From assembly GCA_947381435.1 (NCBI GenBank), contig CANCVE010000013.1, positions 529-64,528 of the forward strand: DNA of 64,000 nt, written 5' to 3'. Shown in pieces: positions 1-8,430 of this stretch. The notes beneath the pieces were generated by a model. The model searched no databases. It saw only the letters and a program-made list of their open reading frames with translations, and was not told the DNA's origin. This DNA is from Chitinophagaceae bacterium (GTDB taxonomy: Bacteria; Bacteroidota; Bacteroidia; Chitinophagales; Chitinophagaceae). Both the position numbers and the translations under genes were made by a program. Within the stretch, counting starts at the first letter, position 1. Every line of letters begins with the position of its first letter.

Positions 1-2
1 TT

Positions 3-479
3 GATTATTATAACAAACTCTTCCCCAAGCACTTTAATAGCAAAGAATTTTTAATTACTGAATCAATTGAATTAAAAGAAGATTACAAAATCGCTGAGGA
101 GAAAACGGTTCTCAACCCTTTTGAATATTTAGACAGCTTAAAGAAAGCGAATATTACAGTTGCCAATTTAAATAGTGTAATCTTTAAAATAGTTCTAGGT
201 GATAAAACTTTTTTATTTACTGGTGATGCAGGTATAGATTCATTTATAAATATCCCTAACTATCAAGAAGTATTAAAAGACATTTTTTGGCTAAAAGCAC
301 CTCATCATGGTAGCAGAAATAATATAAATAGTACTTTAATAAAGTTGATGTCTCCTAAAATATCTGTTATCTCTGGTGATAAATATATAGATAGTGCAGT
401 AATTGATTGCTTTAAACATTGTGGGGCTGTTGTCGCTTCAACAAAAGAAAATGGCAACCTTTTTTATATATTCGATTAA
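3..479 (+). CDS. MBL-fold (beta-lactamase-like) metallo-hydrolase, C-terminal fragment; the 5' end lies outside the window
   Basis: Frame 3 is open from the window edge to TAA at 477-479. The translation ...FLFTGDAGIDSF...WLKAPHHGSRNN...ISVISGD... resembles the C-terminal His-motif region of ComEC/Rec2-type MBL proteins. It is absent from the ORF track because it has no start in the window. Confidence 0.5.
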   Translation, partial: DYYNKLFPKHFNSKEFLITESIELKEDYKIAEEKTVLNPFEYLDSLKKANITVANLNSVIFKIVLGDKTFLFTGDAGIDSFINIPNYQEVLKDIFWLKAPHHGSRNNINSTLIKLMSPKISVISGDKYIDSAVIDCFKHCGAVVASTKENGNLFYIFD

Positions 480-595
480 CAGTTAATTTGCTTTTAATTA
501 GGGCATTCCCTTTTGGTCAGGCTTTCTCTCCAATCTTTTACCCCTTTGGGATAAAAGTATTTCCGCACCAATCCTTAATGCAAGAAAGAAAGAAG

Positions 596-650
596 TTTTT
601 GTGTGGCGTTGCCACGTTTCTGTTCCTACCACTCCATTTATTATGTACAG
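596..650 (+). repeat. Direct repeat A (about 55 bp) with palindromic core GTGGCGTTGCCAC; partner at 4832-4887
   Basis: tttttgtgtggcgttgccacgtttctgttcctaccactccatttattatgtacag aligns by eye at roughly 80% identity with 4832-4887. Confidence 0.8.
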
Positions 651-733
651 ATAATTCAAACAATCATAAAACAGAATTTATCGTACAATTCAAAAACTTT
701 TAAAAAATAATTTGCTTCATTGAGGTATAATCG

Positions 734-741
734 TATTTTTG
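734..741 (+). promoter_or_regulatory. Candidate Bacteroidota -7 box (TAnnTTTG) upstream of arsR
   Basis: TATTTTTG lies 17 nt upstream of the arsR ATG. This is a motif match only. Confidence 0.3.
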
Positions 742-757
742 CGATAAATAAATAATA

Positions 758-1090
758 ATGGGCGCAACGAAGGCAGAGGAATTTTCAGTAAAAGACAATC
801 GAATATCCAAATATGCAAAAGCTTTAAGTCATCCAGCAAGGGTAGCAATACTAAAACTATTGATAAAGAAACAAGCTTGCATTTGTGGAGACATTGTAGA
901 GGAATTGCCCTTATCGCAAAGCACGGTATCGCAACATTTGAAGGAATTGAAAGAAGCAGGGTTAATAAAGGGAGAAATTGAAGGAACAAAGGTTTGCTAC
1001 TGCATAGACGAACAAGAATGGAAACTAGCCCAAGGTTATCTTAATGAATTATTTGGCGCATACACACCAGTAAAAAGTAATTGCTGCTAA
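758..1090 (+). CDS. arsR: ArsR/SmtB family metalloregulatory transcriptional repressor
   Basis: Winged-HTH signature [14 protein letters not shown]...[10 protein letters not shown]...[16 protein letters not shown]. It is the first gene of the arsenic cluster. Confidence 0.85.
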   Translation: MGATKAEEFSVKDNRISKYAKALSHPARVAILKLLIKKQACICGDIVEELPLSQSTVSQHLKELKEAGLIKGEIEGTKVCYCIDEQEWKLAQGYLNELFGAYTPVKSNCC

Positions 1091-1143
1091 TTTTTTTGCA
1101 TATAATTATCGCAATAATTCGATTGATATTAAAAATAAGAAAG

Positions 1144-1989
1144 ATGAAAACAGAGAATGAATTAAAAGAAATGGTACAAAAGAAGTACGGAGAAATTGCC
1201 TTGCAAGAGGTAGGTGTAAATCAAGCTAGCTGCTGTGGGGCAGGTGGTTGTAGTACAGAAGTTTACAACATAATGACTGACGACTACACAGGGCTTGAGG
1301 GTTATAATAAGGATGCTGATTTAGGTTTGGGTTGTGGATTGCCTACACAATTTGCCAAGATAAGCAAGGGCGACACAGTAATTGACTTAGGTAGTGGCGC
1401 AGGGAATGACTGTTTTGTGGCACTTGCTGAAACAGGCGAAACAGGAAAGGTGATAGGTATTGACTTTACACCAGCAATGTTGGAACTGGCAAGAAAAAAC
1501 GCAGTAGCAAGGGGAGTTACAAACGTTGAGTTTAGGGAGGGCGATTTAGAAGATATGCCTGTAGCAGCAAATAGGGCAGATGTAGTGATCAGTAATTGTG
1601 TACTGAACCTTGTACCCAATAAAAATGCTGTTTTCAAGGAAATATATAGGGTATTGAAACCGGGTGGTCACTTTAGCATTTCAGATATTGTATTGCTAGG
1701 CAATTTGCCCGAAGCATTGAGAAAGGATGCAGAAATGTATGCAGGATGTGTATCGGGTGCCATACAAAAAGAAGTGTATATGGAGTTGATAAAAGCAAAT
1801 GGTTTTGTGAACATCACCCTGCAAAAGGAAAAAGCAATTGTAATACCCGATGATATATTGAAGAATTACCTTGATGAAGCCGCTTTACAAGCATTTAAAA
1901 CTGGCAACACAGGTATTTTTAGCGTTACCGTATATGCAGAAAAACCTACGGAAGCAGCTTGTTGTGCGCCAGGTTGTGGATGCAAGTAA
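1144..1989 (+). CDS. arsM: Arsenite S-adenosylmethionine methyltransferase (ArsM)
   Basis: SAM motif VIDLGSGAGNDCF, conserved N-terminal Cys cluster (ASCCGAGGCS), AGCVSGA, and a Cys-rich tail. The start was moved to ATG 1144 (MKTENEL...) because the track start overlaps arsR. Confidence 0.85.
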   Translation: MKTENELKEMVQKKYGEIALQEVGVNQASCCGAGGCSTEVYNIMTDDYTGLEGYNKDADLGLGCGLPTQFAKISKGDTVIDLGSGAGNDCFVALAETGETGKVIGIDFTPAMLELARKNAVARGVTNVEFREGDLEDMPVAANRADVVISNCVLNLVPNKNAVFKEIYRVLKPGGHFSISDIVLLGNLPEALRKDAEMYAGCVSGAIQKEVYMELIKANGFVNITLQKEKAIVIPDDILKNYLDEAALQAFKTGNTGIFSVTVYAEKPTEAACCAPGCGCK

Positions 1990-2099
1990 GAAAGAAGAAA
2001 GTTGTAAGTTATATGCTAGTAATTGATACCTAAAATGGCATAAGTGGTGGCAAAAGGAAAAATAAAAAGTAAATTAATAACAGTAAAAAAATAGATTAA

Positions 2100-2873
2100 A
2101 TGAAAATTGTATTGTTTAGTGACATTCACGCTAACCTTCCGGCATTGGAAGCTTTTTTTGAAGATGTAGATAGCCGTAATATAGATGCTATCTATTGTTT
2201 GGGCGATTTGGTAGGCTATAATATATGGCCTAACGAGGTGATAAATGAGATTAAAAAACGCAAAATCCCAACCATTGCGGGTAACTACGACTTTGGTATT
2301 GGTAGGATGAGTAACGAATGTGGCTGTGCCTATAAAACAGACCACGAAAAGGAGAATGGAAACGTATCTATTTCCTTTACCAATTCCATTATGAAGGATG
2401 AGGAAAGGGCTTATCTGCGTACACTACCCGCTCACATAAAAGTAGAGTTTCAATTGAATGAAGACAAATTAAACTTACTGCTTGTACACGGTAGCCCTCG
2501 AAAAATAAATGAATACCTTTTTGAAGACAGGGAAGAAAAAAGTATGCTTAGAATTATGGAGGGGGCTGATGCTGATATTATGTGCTTTGGTCATACACAC
2601 AAGCCATATCATAGGGTGCTAAACTCTGGAATTGATGGATTAAACCATTTTCGTCACGCAATCAATATCGGTTCTGTCGGCAAACCAAAAGATGGCAATC
2701 CACAAGGCGGTTATGTTATACTGACCATCAATGATAATAGTTCTATTTTGGATAAGGACAGCATTACGGTTGATTTTATCCGCTTTGATTATGATGTAGA
2801 AAAAGCCGCAAAAGCAATTGAGGAAAGCGCATTGCCAAATGAATTTGCAGAGATGCTAAGGAAGGGAGGCTAG
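2100..2873 (+). CDS. Metallophosphoesterase family protein (YfcE/MJ0936-like)
   Basis: MKIVLFSDIHAN..., GDLVGY, GNYD, GHTH and a GS.G tail are calcineurin-like phosphoesterase motifs. Confidence 0.75.
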   Translation: MKIVLFSDIHANLPALEAFFEDVDSRNIDAIYCLGDLVGYNIWPNEVINEIKKRKIPTIAGNYDFGIGRMSNECGCAYKTDHEKENGNVSISFTNSIMKDEERAYLRTLPAHIKVEFQLNEDKLNLLLVHGSPRKINEYLFEDREEKSMLRIMEGADADIMCFGHTHKPYHRVLNSGIDGLNHFRHAINIGSVGKPKDGNPQGGYVILTINDNSSILDKDSITVDFIRFDYDVEKAAKAIEESALPNEFAEMLRKGG

Positions 2874-2940
2874 GAAGCAACTTTTATTTAAGCTCTTAAT
2901 TTACATATACTTACACTTCATAAAATAAATTAGGTAAAAT

Positions 2941-3270
2941 ATGCAGTTATTAAAATCAGTATCAATTTTTATTCTTGCAGGATTATGCGAAATTGGAGGG
3001 GGCTATTTGGTTTGGCTTTGGTTGAAAGAAGAAAAGCCTTTTTGGTATGGAGTTTTAGGCGGAATAATACTAATGCTTTATGGGGTAGTTGCAACCTTTC
3101 AAACCTCAAACTTTGCTAAAGTATATTCAACTTATGGGGGATTTTTTATTGTTTTATCATTATTATGGGCTTATAAAATGGATAATTATACGCCGACAAA
3201 ATATGATATAATCGGCGCATTGATAGCATTGTTAGGGGTCTGTATCATTTATTATTCGCCTAGACATTAA
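2941..3270 (+). CDS. ynfA: YnfA (UPF0060) small four-TM membrane protein
   Basis: 109 aa. The N-terminus ...FILAGLCEIGGGYLVWLWLKE... is characteristic of the YnfA family. Confidence 0.75.
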   Translation: MQLLKSVSIFILAGLCEIGGGYLVWLWLKEEKPFWYGVLGGIILMLYGVVATFQTSNFAKVYSTYGGFFIVLSLLWAYKMDNYTPTKYDIIGALIALLGVCIIYYSPRH

Positions 3271-3302
3271 TTGCTGATGACAACAGTCAAAAATAAACAA
3301 TT

Positions 3303-3680
3303 ATGAACTTACCCGAGGATATTAAATATTCAAAAGAACACACTTGGTTAAAGGTTGATGGCAACATTGGCACTATTGGGATAACGGCGTTTGCCCAAAG
3401 CGAGCTAGGAGAGATTGTGTACCCTGATTTACCTAATGTGGGCATCACTTTCAAAAAAGATACCGTGTTTGGTTCGGTGGAAGCCCTTAAAACTGTTAGT
3501 GATTTGTTTATGCCTGTTGGCGGAAAAGTGCTTGAAGTAAACAAGGTATTGATAAATGAGCCTATCCTAATCAATGATGACCCGTACAATGCTGGTTGGA
3601 TGATTAAAATAGAAATTACCGATGCTACAGAGATAGATAAACTGTTGAGTGCAGCGGCTTATGGTGAGTTAATTGGTTAG
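3303..3680 (+). CDS. gcvH: Glycine-cleavage H-protein-like lipoyl carrier (GcvH paralogue inside the ars cassette)
   Basis: EHTWLKVDG..GTIGIT.FAQ..LGEIVY..LP.VG and the lipoyl-lysine motif VEALKTVSDLFMPVGGKVLEVN. Confidence 0.8.
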   Translation: MNLPEDIKYSKEHTWLKVDGNIGTIGITAFAQSELGEIVYPDLPNVGITFKKDTVFGSVEALKTVSDLFMPVGGKVLEVNKVLINEPILINDDPYNAGWMIKIEITDATEIDKLLSAAAYGELIG

Positions 3681-3719
3681 TTCTAAAATATTATCAGTTT
3701 AAATAATAAAACAAACATA

Positions 3720-4790
3720 ATGAGTGCAAACAATTGTGCGCCAGCAAGCGATAGGAAAAAACTAAGCTTCTTGGATCGTTTTCTTACCCTATGGATATTC
3801 CTTGCAATGGCAATTGGGGTAGCAATAGGTTACTTTTTCCCAAGTTCATCAACGTTTATCAATTCATTTTCTAGCGGTACTACAAACATTCCCTTGGCAA
3901 TAGGATTGATAGTAATGATGTACCCACCTTTAGCCAAAGTGAGGTATGAAAAGATGGGGGAAGTGTTCACAAATACAAAGATTTTGGGCGCATCCTTATT
4001 CTTGAATTGGGTAATTGGTCCCATATTAATGTTCTTGTTGGCAATCGTATTCCTTCAAGACCACCCAAGCTATATGATAGGATTGATATTGATTGGTTTG
4101 GCACGTTGTATAGCAATGGTTGTGGTATGGAATGAATTAGCCGAAGGAAACAGGGAGTATGCAGCAGGGTTGATAGCCCTAAACAGTATATTTCAAGTAT
4201 TATTCTACAGCTTTTATGCGTATTTATTCATTACCATTCTGCCCCCATTATTTGGTATTAAAGGACTGGTTGTAAACATCACTATTGTAGAGATAGCAAA
4301 AAGTGTAGGCATCTATTTGGGAATCCCATTTGCAGCAGGGATAATTAGCCGATATGTACTTATATCTATCAAAGGGTTGGATTGGTTTCAGCAAAAGTTT
4401 GTACCTATCATATCACCGCTTACTTTGATAGCATTGTTGTTTACAATTGTAGTAATGTTTAGCTTAAAGGGTCAGTTGATAGTACAAATACCTTTTGATG
4501 TGGTAAGAATAGCCATACCGTTGGTAATCTATTTCATAATAATGTTCGTTGTCAGTTTCTTTATGGGCAAGGCATTGGGCGCAGACTATTCAGCAAACAC
4601 AGCCATAGCATTTACTGCAACAGGAAACAACTTTGAGTTGGCAATAGCGGTAGCCATTGGTGTTTTCGGCATCAATAGTGGTGAAGCTTTTACTGGCGTA
4701 ATTGGTCCCCTAGTAGAAGTGCCTGCATTGATAGCATTGGTAAACCTTGCCTTTTGGTTTAGGAAGAAATATTATAAAACAAAAGACTAG
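3720..4790 (+). CDS. acr3: ACR3 family arsenite efflux transporter
   Basis: 356 aa and polytopic. The N-terminus [25 protein letters not shown] and overall layout are typical of ACR3/ArsB(Acr3). Confidence 0.85.
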   Translation: MSANNCAPASDRKKLSFLDRFLTLWIFLAMAIGVAIGYFFPSSSTFINSFSSGTTNIPLAIGLIVMMYPPLAKVRYEKMGEVFTNTKILGASLFLNWVIGPILMFLLAIVFLQDHPSYMIGLILIGLARCIAMVVVWNELAEGNREYAAGLIALNSIFQVLFYSFYAYLFITILPPLFGIKGLVVNITIVEIAKSVGIYLGIPFAAGIISRYVLISIKGLDWFQQKFVPIISPLTLIALLFTIVVMFSLKGQLIVQIPFDVVRIAIPLVIYFIIMFVVSFFMGKALGADYSANTAIAFTATGNNFELAIAVAIGVFGINSGEAFTGVIGPLVEVPALIALVNLAFWFRKKYYKTKD

Positions 4791-4831
4791 TAAATTGTTG
4801 ATATAATAGATTTTACGAACCAGTAAAAAGA

Positions 4832-4887
4832 TTTTGTGTGGCGTTGCCACGATTCTTCCTGCCCACTCCATTTCATTCTATGGTCAG
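4832..4887 (+). repeat. Direct repeat B, partner of 596-650
   Basis: ttttgtgtggcgttgccacgattcttcctgcccactccatttcattctatggtcag. It lies 42 nt after the acr3 stop. Confidence 0.8.
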
Positions 4888-5560
4888 AGTAGCTTAGGTA
4901 AATAGGTTTCTCTTCGGTCGGGTTCAGCAAGCAGTTCGCCAGCCCAAGGCAGTAGGGGCAAAATTGTCTGTAGTGATTCTTTGTTGCTTTTGCCCCCACT
5001 ACCTTGCCCTACGGGTCAAAAAAGGCTGTCACACTTCTTGCAGTTCACCACAACCTACGTTCAGGCAGCTACCCGTGTTCTATGGTCAGCTTTATACCTC
5101 CTTCCTTCACTTTCACTACCGAGCTTCTTTCCTTCGCTTCGCTACGTCTCTCAACAACGTCCGTTTCGTTGCGTCCGTCAGTATTTCAGCAGGCCATAGC
5201 CCACCCGCTGCCCATAATTTTTGCGTGCCTTTCGGCTTGCTTCGGCTGCGGGTTTGTCATACTTTTTGCAAAGAAAAAAGAAGCAAAAAGATACGCCAAA
5301 CCCTTGCGTGATACGGTGCTGCCCCCCGCACTACGTGCTTTCGGGTCACCCCCTCTGCAAGCGCACGCGCCTTCTTCCGTTTCCAACTCCATCGGCTTCA
5401 TTCCGGCACGCTTCGCCTTCGGTGGACAAGTTTGCCACCTCGGCTCAACTGCCTTTTTTGGCTCAAGGCTGTTTTTACCTAAGACAGAAGAAAGAAAGAG
5501 GAAGCGGTATTCTCTTTTCCTTTTATAGACTGTCCAATTTGTCAACTTAGCTGTTGATTC
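4888..5560 (+). other. A-poor, C/T-rich non-coding tract; candidate large structured RNA or ssDNA element
   Basis: Six overlapping ORFs lie on both strands and none is protein-like. The top strand is pyrimidine-rich. There is an imperfect hairpin at about 4944-5008, several C(TTCG)G or TTTCG loops (about 4913, 5230, 5243, 5338, 5417), and GGTGG-N9-CCACC at about 5421-5439. Confidence 0.4.
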
Positions 5561-5670
5561 TTTTTTGTTTCGCTCCTTTGTTTTCTTTAAGTGAAACGCC
5601 TTTCCTTTTTTTCTTTTTGTGTCCTTTGCGTAAACCCTTCGTGGACTTTGTGGTAAAATACTCTCCATAA

Positions 5671-5693
5671 CACCCCATTAGGGGATGGGGGTA
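5671..5693 (+). repeat. 23-nt motif CACCCC-WTYA-GGGG-AYG-GGGGT, copy 1
   Basis: caccccattaggggatgggggta. Confidence 0.7.
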
Positions 5694-5726
5694 GAGCTTC
5701 TTTTCTTTAAAAGAAAAGAAAAAAAA

Positions 5727-5885
5727 GCAGCAAAGCTAGGTGGCAAAAAACACTGCCTATTAAAAAACAAAACTGTTCGGCATAATAGTTTTTAGGGTGA
5801 TGGGCTTCGCCAATCTATCACCCCAAAAACTACCCTGTGGGACTTATTCCGCATCCAGTTATTGCTTTTTGGCAGTGCCACCTGT
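5727..5885 (+). ncRNA. Candidate structured element, copy 1 (three nested stems)
   Basis: Outer stem: ggtggcaaaaaacactgcc (5739-5757) with ggcagtgccacc (5871-5882). Middle stem: ctgttcggcataat (5773-5786) with acttattccgcatccag (5842-5858). Inner 15-bp stem: 5787-5801 with 5816-5830. It lies just upstream of ORF 5936. Confidence 0.35.
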
Positions 5886-5935
5886 TTAGTGGCTTTCTTT
5901 TTTTCTCTTTTTTCTTTTAAATTAAACTTTTTCAA

Positions 5936-6298
5936 ATGACAAATGCAAACGACAGCTTCGGAAATGCTAACGGTTCAGAAAACTTCTATGATTCTTCACT
6001 CCCCTTTAGGGGTCGGGGGTTTTTATATACCGATGGAGTTAAAAGTATGGCTGAAACTTGCGGGGCTTATTGGCTGATAGATTTGGTGGTAAGCTATCAA
6101 GGAACCCGTGAAATAAATTTACAACGCTTCCAAGTGTGGGAATTAAAGCGCAAACAAAAAGATGCCTTCTCAATACTGGCTACTGATGGCAACGATAATC
6201 GCATTGCAAGCCAACAAATACCATTCAGCGACTTTCCTTACGATACTGCAACGCTTTGGTTGGTTGATGGCTGCATCATGCTTCCTACAGAATACTAA
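5936..6298 (+). CDS. DUF6876-like protein of conjugative/integrative elements (family name from memory)
   Basis: 120 aa. FLYTDGVKSMAETCGAYWLIDLV ... LWLVDGCIMLPTEY matches my recollection of a small family found in ICE and plasmid leading regions. Confidence 0.55.
   Translation: MTNANDSFGNANGSENFYDSSLPFRGRGFLYTDGVKSMAETCGAYWLIDLVVSYQGTREINLQRFQVWELKRKQKDAFSILATDGNDNRIASQQIPFSDFPYDTATLWLVDGCIMLPTEY
5999..6021 (+). repeat. 23-nt CCCC/GGGG motif, copy 2 (inside CDS 5936-6298)
   Basis: ctcccctttaggggtcgggggtt, translated in-frame as SLPFRGRGF. Confidence 0.7.
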
Positions 6299-6321
6299 AG
6301 CATACAAAAGGCTGATTCAAC

Positions 6322-6344
6322 TCACCCTTTAGGGGACGGGGGTT
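6322..6344 (+). repeat. 23-nt CCCC/GGGG motif, copy 3
   Basis: tcaccctttaggggacgggggtt. Confidence 0.7.
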
Positions 6345-6397
6345 ACAAAACTGGGCAATTGGTTAAAGCTAGCACTTTGCATTACTTTTTTTTAGTA

Positions 6398-6545
6398 CAG
6401 CAAAAATAGCTTTGGCTGTGGGCAAAAAATATCCTGTTCGGCATAATGAAAAAGAAAAAATAACGGGTAATAATCTGTAGTTTTTTTTCTTTTTCACCCT
6501 TCGGGACTTATTCCGCTCCAGTTATTTTTTTTCACACCCGTCGCT
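6398..6545 (+). ncRNA. Candidate structured element, copy 2
   Basis: It has the same conserved flanks as copy 1: ctgttcggcataat (6434-6447) and gggacttattccgctccagtt (6503-6523). The inner hairpin has a different sequence but still pairs (6448-6460 with 6481-6495). Confidence 0.35.
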
Positions 6546-6874
6546 GGAAGAAGCTTATAAAAAATAAGTTATGCAAAAGCAGCTTCGTATTGTCACCCGT
6601 TCTTGTTTGTCAGTTTGCCCGTTCAGTAGTGGGTTGTTTCCTATTCCTCTTGTGCCGCGCTCAGTTTTCAGTAGGCATTTTCGTAGGTTGCCAGTACATT
6701 TTCTTCCATTGCCAGGTGTTTCAGTTCGCAGGTTGGCAAGTGGTTGGTTTGTGTGGTGTTTTCCATCAGGTCGCCGTCAGTTTTCAGCACTTCCTTTCTA
6801 GTTTGTGCTAGCTGCCTTTCCGTCAGGTAGGCAGTTTTACTTTTATTGAGATAAGAAAGTGAGTAGTTGGTGCA

Positions 6875-6903
6875 TAAAAAAAGCCCACCCGAAATGGGTA
6901 GGC
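6875..6903 (-). terminator. Rho-independent terminator of gene 6948-7697
   Basis: The stem gcccaccc/gggtaggc is followed by a T-run on the minus strand. Confidence 0.6.
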
Positions 6904-6923
6904 TAATCTTATATTTTTCTTTT

Positions 6924-6946
6924 CACCCCTTCAGGGGATGGGGGTT
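6924..6946 (+). repeat. 23-nt CCCC/GGGG motif, copy 4
   Basis: caccccttcaggggatgggggtt. It abuts the stop codon of 6948-7697. Confidence 0.7.
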
Positions 6947-6947
6947 G

Positions 6948-7697
6948 TTAAACTACTTGAACAATTGATAGTGAGTTATAAGAACCATTCTTCAACGTGT
7001 ATTGTACACCATTTACCAGTTGAAAAAATTCCACCGCTAATAAAAACAAGCCCGTACCAACCACAGCGGGTACAGCTGTTGGCGTTAAAGTCACACTTGT
7101 AGCCGTGTTACTTATGGCCATGTTTGTAGCATTGGTAAGCTGTATTTCTGCTTTATTGCCTGCAAAATCAATCTTCACCCATCCACCACGTACAGTTACG
7201 TGAGTTGCCCCAATTGGAAATGAAATATCAGTCGCAGGAACCAATCCAGTAATGGTAATTACGCCAGTAGTTGCATTTATTGCAAAAGGTTTAAAAAGCG
7301 TTGATGAAAGCGGTGAATCAATATTGAAATCAAAATCTTTCAATTCTGCTTTCGCAGCCGCTTGGCTAATCGCCACACCTACATTACGCAAACCTCTCGC
7401 CGATGTTGCATCGTAATTCTTTACTATAGTCATTACTTTCGTTACTCTCGAAGTAATCCTATTATCAGAGGTTGTCAATAACAACGCCCTTATTGCCGCT
7501 CTCAATAGCTTGCCGGCACTAGCTGCAGAACCAAACTCAGAACCGTTTTCACGAGTCCTTTGAAAGTTTGGATCAGTCATAATCCTTTGCTTACTAATCG
7601 AACTTTTTGTTTTCACAAGGTGACCATCCTGTGTTTTGTAAAATGTCAGGTCATCAAGTGTACCATGAATCTTTAAAATGCCTTTTAACCGTGCCAT
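6948..7697 (-). CDS. Hypothetical protein (conserved-looking Bacteroidota family, function unknown)
   Basis: 249-aa clean ORF: MARLKGILKIHGTLDDLTFYKTQDGHLVK...DPNFQRTRENGSEFG... It has its own terminator and no recognisable motifs. Confidence 0.6.
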   Translation of the reverse strand: MARLKGILKIHGTLDDLTFYKTQDGHLVKTKSSISKQRIMTDPNFQRTRENGSEFGSAASAGKLLRAAIRALLLTTSDNRITSRVTKVMTIVKNYDATSARGLRNVGVAISQAAAKAELKDFDFNIDSPLSSTLFKPFAINATTGVITITGLVPATDISFPIGATHVTVRGGWVKIDFAGNKAEIQLTNATNMAISNTATSVTLTPTAVPAVVGTGLFLLAVEFFQLVNGVQYTLKNGSYNSLSIVQVV

Positions 7698-7737
7698 AAT
7701 CTGAAATATTTATGATGAAAAAAATTGTGTACCTTTT

Positions 7738-8250
7738 TTATAAACTGCATCCTTTGCAATACCTTATTTTGTTTTTAGCATTATAGCCTCTATACAGCCA
7801 AGGAGGGCAAACATTCGCCATACCACAAGACCAAAGCCCCAAACTGTCGCTAATCGCTTGCTGCATGGCATTATCAAGCATTGTTTCGTTATCATAGTTT
7901 AAATAATGCCAAGCCCAGCCGCTTCTTATAATCAAACTATCAAGTCTTAGCCCGTTGATGGTAATAGAAACCAATGTTCTACCATATCTGTCTTTTGCAG
8001 TGCCTGTATAGCCAACCATTTTACCCGCAATCGTACCATTTACAAATCGGTAGGCTTCCATCCCGCTTTTTTGTTTTAGTTCTGGGGCATCTATTTTTAG
8101 CAATCTTGCAGTAAAAGTATTGCTACCATCTGCAAGTACATAAGTGTCGCCATCCTTCACACGCACCACTCTGGCGGTGCTTTGGGCGCAAACAGATATA
8201 GTGGAGAGCATTGTAAGCAGCGACAATATATGTAGCATTATTTTCTTCAT
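7738..8250 (-). CDS. Secreted thermonuclease (SNase-like) family protein
   Basis: Signal peptide, then VVRVKDGDTYVL...ARLLKIDAPE...DRYGRTL, typical of micrococcal-nuclease homologues. Confidence 0.75.
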   Translation of the reverse strand: MKKIMLHILSLLTMLSTISVCAQSTARVVRVKDGDTYVLADGSNTFTARLLKIDAPELKQKSGMEAYRFVNGTIAGKMVGYTGTAKDRYGRTLVSITINGLRLDSLIIRSGWAWHYLNYDNETMLDNAMQQAISDSLGLWSCGMANVCPPWLYRGYNAKNKIRYCKGCSL

Positions 8251-8430
8251 GTCCCAAAGCTACACACGCATGAAACCCAATTTCAACAATAGGAACACAC
8301 CTTTGCCATTTATGCCAAAACAGCCGCAATAAGACCATTTAGCCACAAATTAATAGAGTATCTTCGCCATGGCTAAAGTATGGCTAAGGCATAGCTAGTG
8401 TATGCCTAGTGTATCAAATCAATAATAGTT

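Noticed and set aside
419-703. 94-aa ORF spanning the end of the MBL gene and direct repeat A.
   Set aside because: It overlaps the better-supported frame-3 MBL CDS and the non-coding repeat, and its sequence is not protein-like.
4964-5668. Six overlapping predicted ORFs (72-174 aa) on both strands.
   Set aside because: They overlap one another in all frames. The translations are low-complexity (Ser/Pro/Phe/Leu/Arg-rich) with no motifs. The open frames are explained by the A-poor composition. The region is treated as non-coding (see the finding at 4888-5560).
6560-6830. A second A-poor tract with two plus-strand ORFs (6571-6801 and 6590-6811) and a protein-like minus-strand frame (...LTERQLAQTRKEVLKTDGDLMENTTQTNHLPTCELKHLAMEENVLATYENAY*).
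   Set aside because: The plus-strand ORFs look non-protein. The minus-strand frame looks natural, but its only ATG gives 33 aa and it lies just beyond the terminator of the upstream gene. This is not enough evidence to call a gene. It may be a remnant or a small ORF worth a ribosome-profiling check.
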